Shown here: positions 29,042-36,023 of the stretch, piece by piece
Layout: the number at the start of each line of letters is the position of its first letter
Numbering within the stretch: position 1 is the first letter of the stretch
Assembly: GCA_045588795.1 (NCBI GenBank)
Contig: JAZNEY010000024.1
Coordinates: 1-39,986, forward strand
Direction of reading: 5' to 3'
DNA from: Clostridia bacterium
Lineage (GTDB): Bacteria > Bacillota > Clostridia > Christensenellales > UBA1242
DNA length: 39,986 nucleotides
The notes under the pieces: generated by a model
What the model saw: the letters and a program-made list of their open reading frames with translations, nothing else
What the model was told of the DNA's origin: nothing
Database searches by the model: none
Made by a program: the position numbers and the translations under genes

Positions 29042-29070
29042 ATAAAATAACTACAAGGGAAATAGAACAA

Positions 29071-30903
29071 ATGGAAAAAATCAAAAGAAAACTTAGTCAA
29101 AGAATAATATCCATAATAAGTGCTCTGGGCTTAATTTGTCTTGGGTTAAGTTTCTTTGCGGGAAATAATAAACCACTAACAAGCAATTTAACCGAGGTCA
29201 ACGCTGAGGCACAAAGTGCAACATCATACCTATCCGCCCCACAGATTATTGAATCTAACGAGGCAACCGGAATGTTATTTATTTACGACAGTTACACAAA
29301 AAGACTATCTTCCCTTAATTCAAATGATAATATGATAAAAAAGACATCATCATGGACAGCAGAAATTATTTCGCTTTGTCACACCGACACACACCTGCTT
29401 GCACTCACCAAAGAAACGGGAGTGAACGCAGTTTACATAATTGATGAAGAAACCTTAGCACGAACAAAACTCACATACAGCGCACAAAAGCAAATTTCCT
29501 GTCTAACCGCTTGCGGAAATGATGTATATATGTATTTATCCTCAGATGACCTAATCCGCTCGGCAACAATAGATAAAGCAAATGGAACGCTTACAGTCAA
29601 CAACAATTTTATTGCAAGTAGCACCGATTTTGGCGGAGATGAAATTACCGGATTAATGCTATCTGGAAGCACGCTATACTACACAACAACGGTTAGTGGC
29701 ACAGACAAAATTTACAAACTTACAGATGATGGGATTGGACACTACGAAAGGGTCGAAATTGCAGTTCCAGCCGAAACTGGATCATTTAGATATATTACCC
29801 CACACAAGCAAAGTAAAAACTACATACTAACAAGCACAAATCATTTGCTTACGCTAAGCGGAGACAGCGTTCAAAGCACCAGACTAAGCACTGCAAATGC
29901 AAATTCTAAATACACAAGCATAACATTCATAGGCACAACAAAGTATATTGCTGACATTTGTGCGCAAAGCATATGGAAACTTGAAAATGGAAGCTCCTCG
30001 TTCAGTGTCGTATTCAAAAACGAAACTCCAACTCCTGCAATAACGAACGCAAAAGAGCACAAGCACCTTGAAGTTATTAAAAGCACTGCTCTTTACGCCA
30101 CCCCATTTGCGACTGAAAGTTTAAAAGATTTAGAGGCTGGCGACAGACTCACCGTAATTGCAAGAGATGACTCATCATATATGGACTACTATTACTGCAT
30201 ATACACAAATAAAAGCGAAAACATATATGGCTACATAAAAAAAGATGACTCATTTATAACTCTTGAAAAAACCGAAGTATATATTTCTTTAAAAATTATA
30301 GGCGACTCAAATAACATAGTATATACCCTACCAAGCGGGATTAAAGATGAAAGCAACCAGCAAGTCGCAGACCTTGCTTCAAGGTCAACAACCACCCAAA
30401 TAATGGCTCAAAAAGCAACAAACTCAGCCGGTGATGATTTTTACTTGATTGAACTTGAAAATGGAAAATACGGATATATAAGATATTCACAAGTTACAAC
30501 GAACTTTGCAAGCAGTCAAGTTGAAAGGATAAAATGTAACGGAAAGACAAAACGAGAAACAATAATGTACATTTGCCCAAGTTCAACTGCTGAAAGCACC
30601 TACACAGAGTCAGAGATTGAAGATTTTAGTTCAACCATTACAATAAAGGCAAACACAAGAATATTCTTAAATGAAAAAGTAAAAGCCGGAAACAATTACA
30701 CAAAGGTAACTTACCAAACAGAGACAGGCGAAACATATATCGGCTACATTAAGACAGCCGACCTAGATGCAGATGGATTAACCCCACTTCAACTTGCAGG
30801 AGTTATCTTAGTTGCTGTAAATATTCTAATTCTTTTAGTCATATTCATAGCCCGCAAAAAGGTAATAGATTCAAGAGAAAACTCAATACCAACTGCGAAA
30901 TAA
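29071..30903 (+). CDS. membrane-anchored surface protein: N-terminal signal/anchor, beta-rich (possibly propeller, DUF5050-like) region, three SH3b-like modules, C-terminal TM helix
   Basis: ATG with AAGGGA (29055-29060) 10 nt upstream. N-terminal hydrophobic segment IISIISALGLICLGLSFFAG (about nt 29101-29160). LYYTTTVSGTDKIYKLTDDG-type motifs in the first half. Three modules at aa 331-565 (nt 30061-30765) end in GYIKKDD, GKYGYIRYSQV and YIGYIKTADL, the bacterial SH3 (SH3_3) signature. C-terminal LQLAGVILVAVNILILLVIFIARKK (nt 30784-30852). Confidence 0.85.
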   Translation: MEKIKRKLSQRIISIISALGLICLGLSFFAGNNKPLTSNLTEVNAEAQSATSYLSAPQIIESNEATGMLFIYDSYTKRLSSLNSNDNMIKKTSSWTAEIISLCHTDTHLLALTKETGVNAVYIIDEETLARTKLTYSAQKQISCLTACGNDVYMYLSSDDLIRSATIDKANGTLTVNNNFIASSTDFGGDEITGLMLSGSTLYYTTTVSGTDKIYKLTDDGIGHYERVEIAVPAETGSFRYITPHKQSKNYILTSTNHLLTLSGDSVQSTRLSTANANSKYTSITFIGTTKYIADICAQSIWKLENGSSSFSVVFKNETPTPAITNAKEHKHLEVIKSTALYATPFATESLKDLEAGDRLTVIARDDSSYMDYYYCIYTNKSENIYGYIKKDDSFITLEKTEVYISLKIIGDSNNIVYTLPSGIKDESNQQVADLASRSTTTQIMAQKATNSAGDDFYLIELENGKYGYIRYSQVTTNFASSQVERIKCNGKTKRETIMYICPSSTAESTYTESEIEDFSSTITIKANTRIFLNEKVKAGNNYTKVTYQTETGETYIGYIKTADLDADGLTPLQLAGVILVAVNILILLVIFIARKKVIDSRENSIPTAK

Positions 30904-30912
30904 CAGCAAAAT

Positions 30913-30941
30913 TTGACAAAATCAAATTGTTATGATATAAT
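30913..30941 (+). promoter_or_regulatory. consensus sigma-A promoter with extended -10
   Basis: TTGACA (30913-30918), exactly 17 nt, TATAAT (30936-30941) preceded by TGA (TGnTATAAT). Confidence 0.8.
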
Positions 30942-30972
30942 ATATAAAACCCAAGAAGAGGAGGTTTAAAAA

Positions 30973-31194
30973 ATGACAAAAGATGATGAAATCTTAACAA
31001 ACCTTACAATGGGAATGGCAGATTCATTTGAGGTCAAGTCAGAATCATCTGAAAAACAAGAGGAACCAACAAAGAAACAAAAGCACATTAAAGCAAAACA
31101 AGGTCGAATCTACACAGTTGAGCCATCAAAACTTGCAATGACACCAATGCCGGGTGCAAGACAAAGCCAATCAAATGCGGTATTCGAACAATAA
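30973..31194 (+). CDS. small hydrophilic Lys/Glu-rich hypothetical protein (73 aa)
   Basis: ATG 8 nt after GGAGG (30960-30964). A consensus promoter lies 30 nt upstream and a hairpin terminator downstream. No family recognised. Confidence 0.7.
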   Translation: MTKDDEILTNLTMGMADSFEVKSESSEKQEEPTKKQKHIKAKQGRIYTVEPSKLAMTPMPGARQSQSNAVFEQ

Positions 31195-31329
31195 CGGTTT
31201 TAGTTGCAAACAAAAATTAAATATAGTTTAAACAAAAAGTTTGTTGAGCATACAAGCCTGCACTAATATGCACAATTTGTTTGTTAAGCAAAACAACACC
31301 AAATGGAATTTTTGTTTAAAAATGGATAT

Positions 31330-31370
31330 AAAAAAATGATAGGGAGAATTTTCGCCCTATCATTTTTATT
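31330..31370. terminator. bidirectional rho-independent terminator between convergent genes
   Basis: ATGATAGGG (31336-31344) / CCCTATCAT (31355-31363) form a 9-bp stem with a 10-nt loop. It is flanked by AAAAAAA upstream and TTTTTATTTT downstream, so a U-tract follows in both orientations. Confidence 0.8.
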
Positions 31371-31399
31371 TTATTAATCCATAGTTATATAACTAAAAA

Positions 31400-32518
31400 T
31401 TATTCTTGTTCTTCTTGGTAATCATCAACCTCATCTTTTATCAAATCATCAAAATTCATAAAGCCTGATGCAATTTCCCCTATGCAATTTTCAGGCACAT
31501 CATACACCAAATGAACTGTTGATAAATAGTCCCCATTAAGTCTTAAAGAATATGAATAATGTCCCACTTCATAATCACCACTCACATCATCATGTCCAAA
31601 GTTTGATAAAGACGAGTAAGACAATTTTCGAGCAGCAGAACAGCGATTAGCTTTCCCAGCAAGATAACCAAAGAATTCTTTTCTAATTATATTTAAAGCC
31701 TCATCATATCCGTTTTGGTCAATTAACTTATAAGTATTTTTAAAAGTTTCTTCACTCATAAAACCGGCATCACTTCTTATCTCGCCATCAACAAGGCCTG
31801 TTAGATATGCATTACCCTCACCATCTCTTGAAACCAGTGCAAAATCATCACTTGTTGATACAAGTGTATGAACCCAGCCATTTGTATCCTCATCATCAAT
31901 ATCAAGAACAAGAGCCACATTTCTTCTTGATTTCTCGTAGTCAAGACCAGAAAGAACCAGACTATTTCTATACCTCACATACTCCGCCTTTTTGTCCATA
32001 CCTTTAACATCACTATATGATTTGTATTCACCAAATTTTTCTTCCATCTCATCAAAGCAAGCTGAACCAATTTTCTCATTCAAGATAAAATTAAAATCCG
32101 TATCATCAAACGGAGCACCAATTCCATAATCAGCCACATCAAAATCTTCAATTTGTTCTGGAATCTTTAAATCTGATGGGAATACATAATTATCTTCTGT
32201 TTCCACTTCGGTAGTTGTTTCTGGTTTTCCAGCATCACCACCCTGACTCTGTGGGTCGCACGAAGCGAGCATACTAACAAGCATTACGCCAGCGAGAGCG
32301 ACAGCGACCTTTTGCGGAATTTCCTTTCTATTTTTCACAGCGTAGTCAGCGACTGCCTTTTTAATGCCATTTTTAGCCTTTTCCAAAGCCTCTTGATTTC
32401 TTTTTTGCAATTGCACGAGAGCGACCTTTGCCTCGTTTAATTTTTCTTGAAGTCCCAAAGCGAAATTTCTAAGACTAGGCTCTTTCAAAGCCCCAACAAT
32501 TTGTTCAACAGTTTTCAT
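31400..32518 (-). CDS. membrane/lipoprotein-like protein with a roughly 70-aa helical N-terminal extension before a lipobox-like signal
   Basis: The ORF-track TTG start (32527) abuts the SD AAGGGGG. The ATG at 32518-32516 (MKTVEQ) lies 9 nt after that SD. KNRKEIPQK then VAVALAGVMLVSMLAS-C (Cys codon 32258-32260) reads as n-region, h-region and L-A-S-C lipobox. The remainder is acidic and unrecognised. Confidence 0.85.
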   Translation of the reverse strand: MKTVEQIVGALKEPSLRNFALGLQEKLNEAKVALVQLQKRNQEALEKAKNGIKKAVADYAVKNRKEIPQKVAVALAGVMLVSMLASCDPQSQGGDAGKPETTTEVETEDNYVFPSDLKIPEQIEDFDVADYGIGAPFDDTDFNFILNEKIGSACFDEMEEKFGEYKSYSDVKGMDKKAEYVRYRNSLVLSGLDYEKSRRNVALVLDIDDEDTNGWVHTLVSTSDDFALVSRDGEGNAYLTGLVDGEIRSDAGFMSEETFKNTYKLIDQNGYDEALNIIRKEFFGYLAGKANRCSAARKLSYSSLSNFGHDDVSGDYEVGHYSYSLRLNGDYLSTVHLVYDVPENCIGEIASGFMNFDDLIKDEVDDYQEEQE

Positions 32519-32549
32519 AAAGAACAACCCCCTTTATTAACATAATTTA

Positions 32550-32579
32550 ATTATACAACACGCAAAAAGCATAAGTCAA
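32550..32579 (-). promoter_or_regulatory. putative sigma-A promoter of the 372-aa gene
   Basis: On the minus strand: TTGACT (32579-32574), 18-nt spacer, TATAAT (32555-32550). Confidence 0.6.
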
Positions 32580-32680
32580 CAACAAGATTAAAAAGTATCT
32601 AGGCAAAATAAAAGCCCTGCAAGGCCAAACCAATGCAAGGCGATATATTCAAAGCCCAGTTCAACTTTTTATATCAAAGT

Positions 32681-33187
32681 CTACATAGAATCTTCCCTTT
32701 GAATACCAAAACTTTTATCAAATCTATCACGAACTTTATCGTTGTCGCAGTCGAGGCTAAACCCAAGCACCGAGAAAAGTTTATTTTCAAGTTCAGTCAA
32801 GAAATTTTTATCTGCCCTTGAAATAGCCTTGCCATCAGCGAGTCTTTTATAGTAGCCACCAAGAACGACCCCAACCGCCTCAACAGATGGGTTATTTTCG
32901 ACCTTTTTTCTAAGTTCAACGATTCTGCTTTTGTCATCATTATTCCAAACATAGTCAAAGCCAGCAAGTTCATCAATGAACTCACCCGCCTCTTTTTTAG
33001 ACATAACAGGTTTTAAAAGTTTTTCTGCTGATTTGACAGGCTGATGAACGGTCAGTTTGCCATCAACAGACTTCAAAAGAAAATATTTCTCCTTTGGAAA
33101 CCCGGGAGCAATTTGTTTCTCCTCTTCCCCAATAATTTGGCAAACGCCAATATTTGATTTAACGACAAAGTCATTAACTTTAAACAT
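32681..33187 (-). CDS. CarD/CdnL-family (CarD_CdnL_TRCF domain) RNA-polymerase-binding transcriptional regulator
   Basis: ATG 33187-33185 follows GAGGTGG (33197-33191). MFKVNDFVVKSNIGVCQIIGE...KYFLLKSVDGKLTVHQPVKSAEKLLKPVMSKKEAGEFIDEL aligns by eye with the N-terminal Tudor-like domain of CarD (MIFKVGDTVVYPHHG...EYLVLKV..GDLTVRVP). The C-terminal half is helical and the size (168 aa) fits. Confidence 0.8.
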   Translation of the reverse strand: MFKVNDFVVKSNIGVCQIIGEEEKQIAPGFPKEKYFLLKSVDGKLTVHQPVKSAEKLLKPVMSKKEAGEFIDELAGFDYVWNNDDKSRIVELRKKVENNPSVEAVGVVLGGYYKRLADGKAISRADKNFLTELENKLFSVLGFSLDCDNDKVRDRFDKSFGIQREDSM

Positions 33188-33471
33188 AATCCACCTCACA
33201 AAAAATCTGACTTATAAATAGTGGCTGACAAAAAAGCAAAAAAGAAAACCACAGGCGAGAAAAGTCTCTTCGCCAAAAGGGTTCTTTTGTATTTGCAAAA
33301 TAGAGCAAACCCAATAAAAAATCGAAAGGGAAATATCCCCAGTCTGCTATGATTTTCAAAACTATTTACAATATAATTATATCACAAAGGCAAAAAAATT
33401 AGAAATGAAATTTTTGTAAATTAAAAAAATTTTTTGACCGAAAAAGATTTAAAATAAAGGCGATAAACCAT

Positions 33472-33500
33472 TTCACAAAAAGCAAAAAAAATGATATAAT
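33472..33500 (+). promoter_or_regulatory. sigma-A promoter with extended -10 for the HEPN-like gene
   Basis: TTCACA (33472-33477), 17-nt spacer, TGATATAAT (33492-33500). Confidence 0.65.
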
Positions 33501-33540
33501 AATACCCAAAAAGAAGAAACAAAAAAGGAAACCAAAAAAA

Positions 33541-34017
33541 ATGGACAGGATATATTATGTAATTGGAAGAATAGTTGAAAGAACGCAGAAAATGGAAGAA
33601 AACCTCGAACTTGTGGTAAAGTACAGCGAGATTTCAAGAGAACACGAAAGAAACCCACAGATGACAGCGAAAGATTTTCAAATCGCAGATGAATCAGCCG
33701 AGTATTTGCGTGCCAAGATGGAAACAATGACACTAGGACAGCGAATACACATAATAATTGAAACGAGGTGCTTTTCAAGAAGTGAGGTTGATGAATTAAA
33801 ACACGCACTTGAAAAAAGGAATTATTTTGTGCACGACTACTTCAAACTGACCCCATTTGACAAACTAACAAAAGAGGAACTCGAAGATGAGTTCAACGCA
33901 CTAAAAGACTTTTACGATTCAATCAACAAACTAAATAAAAAGATAGAGGTCTTTAAAAAGTCATACACAGCCGAATGCGATAAACTTTATGAAAGATTCA
34001 AAATAAGCAAATCATAA
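33541..34017 (+). CDS. small helical protein with DUF86/HepT-like HEPN motif (R-N-x3-H-x-Y); putative HEPN-domain RNase-like protein
   Basis: 158 aa with ATG after AAGGAA. Codons 33817-33840 encode RNYFVHDY within ALEKRNYFVHDYF, matching the Rx4H HEPN catalytic signature and its RNxxxHxY form in DUF86/HepT proteins. Motif position (aa 93-98) and all-helical sequence fit a minimal HEPN domain. No nucleotidyltransferase (MNT) partner is adjacent. Confidence 0.5.
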   Translation: MDRIYYVIGRIVERTQKMEENLELVVKYSEISREHERNPQMTAKDFQIADESAEYLRAKMETMTLGQRIHIIIETRCFSRSEVDELKHALEKRNYFVHDYFKLTPFDKLTKEELEDEFNALKDFYDSINKLNKKIEVFKKSYTAECDKLYERFKISKS

Positions 34018-34022
34018 ACAAA

Positions 34023-34066
34023 AAGAGGACAAGTCAAACAAAAAATGGCTCTGTCCTCTTCTTTTA
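34023..34066 (+). terminator. putative rho-independent terminator of the HEPN-like gene
   Basis: AAGAGGACA (34023-34031) / TGTCCTCTT (34052-34060) form a 9-bp stem with a 20-nt loop, followed by CTTTTAAT. Confidence 0.5.
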
Positions 34067-34096
34067 ATAAAACACCACTGTTAAAACTAAACCACA

Positions 34097-34308
34097 CCCC
34101 TCAAATGGCACGCCCCTCAAATACTTTATCTTAAAGTTTTTTACCATAAGCACTATCCTTGATTTCTTTATCCTAAGTACTTTCCCTAAAGTTTTTATCC
34201 CAAAGCACTTTACTCAAAATCATATACTTTACTCAAAGTACGACCCTTAAGTTCTTTTTTGCATTACAAAAATCAACTTAGGCACATCAAAAAGCCTTAA
34301 GAAACTTG
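34097..34308. repeat. array of about 10-12 degenerate tandem 13-16-nt units (consensus roughly AYCCYWAAGYACTTT)
   Basis: Consecutive units read as CCCCTCAAATGGCACG, CCCCTCAAATACTTT, ATCTTAAAGTTTTTT, ACCATAAGCACT, ATCCTTGATTTCTTT, ATCCTAAGTACTTT, CCCTAAAGTTTTT, ATCCCAAAGCACTTT, ACTCAAAATCATAT, ACTTTACTCAAAGTACG, ACCCTTAAGTTCTTTTTT, with weaker copies to about 34308. The array is non-coding and lies between two convergent genes. Confidence 0.6.
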
Positions 34309-34347
34309 ATTGCACACCAAAACAAATTTTGCAAGATTTAATTCTTG

Positions 34348-34596
34348 CTACAAATTTTCATCACAGGAAAAGATTTCATCTTTTGCCTTTTGTATGTCCT
34401 CATCACGGACAAAAACGACCATAGGCTTACCTTTCAGCGTATAGCCCTTGACCCCCATTCCCATATTACCGCCATAAGCCCCGTGAGTTGGCTCAATATT
34501 ATTTTTTGCAATATGGTTAACAATTTCAAAATATTCCTGCTCTCTTTTTGCTTTTAAAATTCTAAGCCTATCCTGAATAAAATCTTTCAAATCCAC
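34348..34596 (-). CDS. small hypothetical protein (82 aa from GTG; 96 aa if the upstream ATG at 34638 is used)
   Basis: GTG 34596-34594 lies 12 nt after GGGGAGG (34615-34609). The alternative ATG at 34638 has no SD but sits 8 nt downstream of a TATAAT (34652-34647), which allows a leaderless start. No family recognised. Confidence 0.6.
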   Translation of the reverse strand: MDLKDFIQDRLRILKAKREQEYFEIVNHIAKNNIEPTHGAYGGNMGMGVKGYTLKGKPMVVFVRDEDIQKAKDEIFSCDENL

Positions 34597-34725
34597 TAAA
34601 AAACTTCGCCTCCCCAAAAAAAAGCCACAACAAGCCATTTATTAGCATTATATGAAAGACTAATAAATTTTAGACACAAGACTGTTGACACGCAAAGAAA
34701 AAGACTTACAATTTTTTAAAAGCAA

Positions 34726-35133
34726 TTAAAAATCGCCAAACTCTTCCACCTTGCAACCATTTCCATCACAACCGGCGCAGACATTTTTGCCCGCATCATT
34801 CAAATGAGCCCTTGAATCAAGGTGCTTTTCTGCGGTCCTAAAATCGGCAAGAGCGAGATAAGATTCCTCTGTTTTTCTAACCCGAGTATTGTAATAATAG
34901 ACACAAGAATGTAGACATTTAAAGAACTCTTCGCCTCTTATCCCAAGCAAGCAAACCGCCCCAAACGCATTTTTAATTTCATCTTTTAACTGAGTCAAAG
35001 CCTCATCTCTCAAATTCTCATCTGACTTTCTTGCATTTTTAAACCTCGCTACCGCCAAAGCAAGTTCAAACACAGATTTGTGTTTTTCCTCCATTATTGA
35101 CATTTTATCTACCGAATCTCCAAAATTAGACAT
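34726..35133 (-). CDS. hypothetical protein (135 aa) with C-terminal CAGCDGNGC Cys cluster
   Basis: Open frame 34726-35151. I chose the first ATG (35133), 12 nt after GGAG. Other in-frame ATGs (35103, 35094) and the TTG at 35151 cannot be excluded. A TGATATAAG extended -10-like element lies at 35174-35166. No family recognised. Confidence 0.6.
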   Translation of the reverse strand: MSNFGDSVDKMSIMEEKHKSVFELALAVARFKNARKSDENLRDEALTQLKDEIKNAFGAVCLLGIRGEEFFKCLHSCVYYYNTRVRKTEESYLALADFRTAEKHLDSRAHLNDAGKNVCAGCDGNGCKVEEFGDF

Positions 35134-35190
35134 AAAAATATATTTCTCCAAACTTAATATTCTTTCTTATATCATAACATATATAACAAA

Positions 35191-35221
35191 AATACACAAC
35201 AGAAAACATCTGTTGTGTATT
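35191..35221 (-). terminator. rho-independent terminator of the 215-aa gene
   Basis: AATACACAACAG (35191-35202) / CTGTTGTGTATT (35210-35221) form a perfect 12-bp stem with a 7-nt loop, 20 nt after the stop. UUUGUU follows on the minus strand and TTTTTT on the plus strand. Confidence 0.75.
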
Positions 35222-35240
35222 ATTTTTTAATCTAAAACAT

Positions 35241-35888
35241 TTAAAAATTTGTATTTGCCACAGCTTTTTCACAATTAAATCTTTCAACCATCTTTTGGGT
35301 TGTTTCAAGAGCGGATTCATCTAGTTGAATAGAGTCAATCCTGCAAACCATTATACCCTCATTATCGCCACATCTAACACAAACAACAACCCTGCCATCA
35401 CCCGAATCAACATTACTAACAGCAAGAAGAGCACCTTTTTCTCCATTTACGACAACCGGCTTTCCAATAAATTTTTTAAGCATAGAGACCTCTGTTTCAA
35501 GTTCAGTTTTCTTTACGCCCAAAAGTTTCCTATTCTCCCAAGAAATATCTTGATAAAGCGAATCAAAGTTTTTATTTAGGTAAAGCACATTACCAAATTC
35601 ATCTGTAACCTTTTCAACGCAGAGTGCGTGCCTCCTGTCGAAATTCGGCGAGACCACCAAATAGTTAGGCCTCCTTGATTTTCCGACAACTCCGCAAGAT
35701 TGCCCTTGGTAAAGCAAGAGCGTATCTTTATTCATAAAATTATTCTTCTCGCCATAGCCACCAGTAGTCATCAAAAGCCCCGAGGTTTTAAACCTATCCC
35801 CCATAAAGTTAGCACCCTCAATGATTACCATTTGTCTTTCTTTGCAAATATTTCGAAATAGCCCCAAATCACTAACTGAAAATTCCAT
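35241..35888 (-). CDS. hypothetical protein (215 aa)
   Basis: ATG 35888-35886 (MEFSVSD) lies 9 nt after GGGGGAG (35904-35898). The ORF-track TTG extension overlaps the SD. It has its own promoter and terminator. No family recognised. Confidence 0.8.
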   Translation of the reverse strand: MEFSVSDLGLFRNICKERQMVIIEGANFMGDRFKTSGLLMTTGGYGEKNNFMNKDTLLLYQGQSCGVVGKSRRPNYLVVSPNFDRRHALCVEKVTDEFGNVLYLNKNFDSLYQDISWENRKLLGVKKTELETEVSMLKKFIGKPVVVNGEKGALLAVSNVDSGDGRVVVCVRCGDNEGIMVCRIDSIQLDESALETTQKMVERFNCEKAVANTNF

Positions 35889-35924
35889 AATAAAAGTCTC
35901 CCCCAATCCCTTTATTTTTGTTAA

Positions 35925-35952
35925 ATTATATCACAAAATGTGTAGATGTCAA
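35925..35952 (-). promoter_or_regulatory. near-consensus sigma-A promoter with extended -10 for the 215-aa gene
   Basis: On the minus strand: TTGACA (35952-35947), 16-nt spacer, TGATATAAT (35933-35925). Confidence 0.75.
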
Positions 35953-36023
35953 TACTATCGCAAAAACTTACAAACTAAAACCCTTGATTTTTTATTAAAA
36001 ATCACCAAGCCAAACAACCGTTT

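Noticed and set aside
33361-33390. Palindromic ATATAATTATAT with TATAAT readable on both strands, as a promoter for the CarD-like gene
   Set aside because: The -35 matches are poor in both orientations, and it would imply a leader of about 190 nt. I cannot distinguish it from chance in AT-rich DNA.
33473-33808. 111-aa minus-strand ORF overlapping the HEPN-like gene and its promoter
   Set aside because: It is a Phe/Leu/Ser-rich low-complexity product of the T-rich complement, with no RBS. The + strand gene has a promoter, an SD and a recognisable motif.
34097-34308. CRISPR array
   Set aside because: The units are only 13-16 nt, highly degenerate and contiguous, with no unique spacers and no cas genes in the window.
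35126-35320. 64-aa minus-strand ORF bridging two genes
   Set aside because: It spans the 12-bp perfect terminator hairpin (35191-35221) and overlaps the 3' end of the 215-aa gene out of frame.
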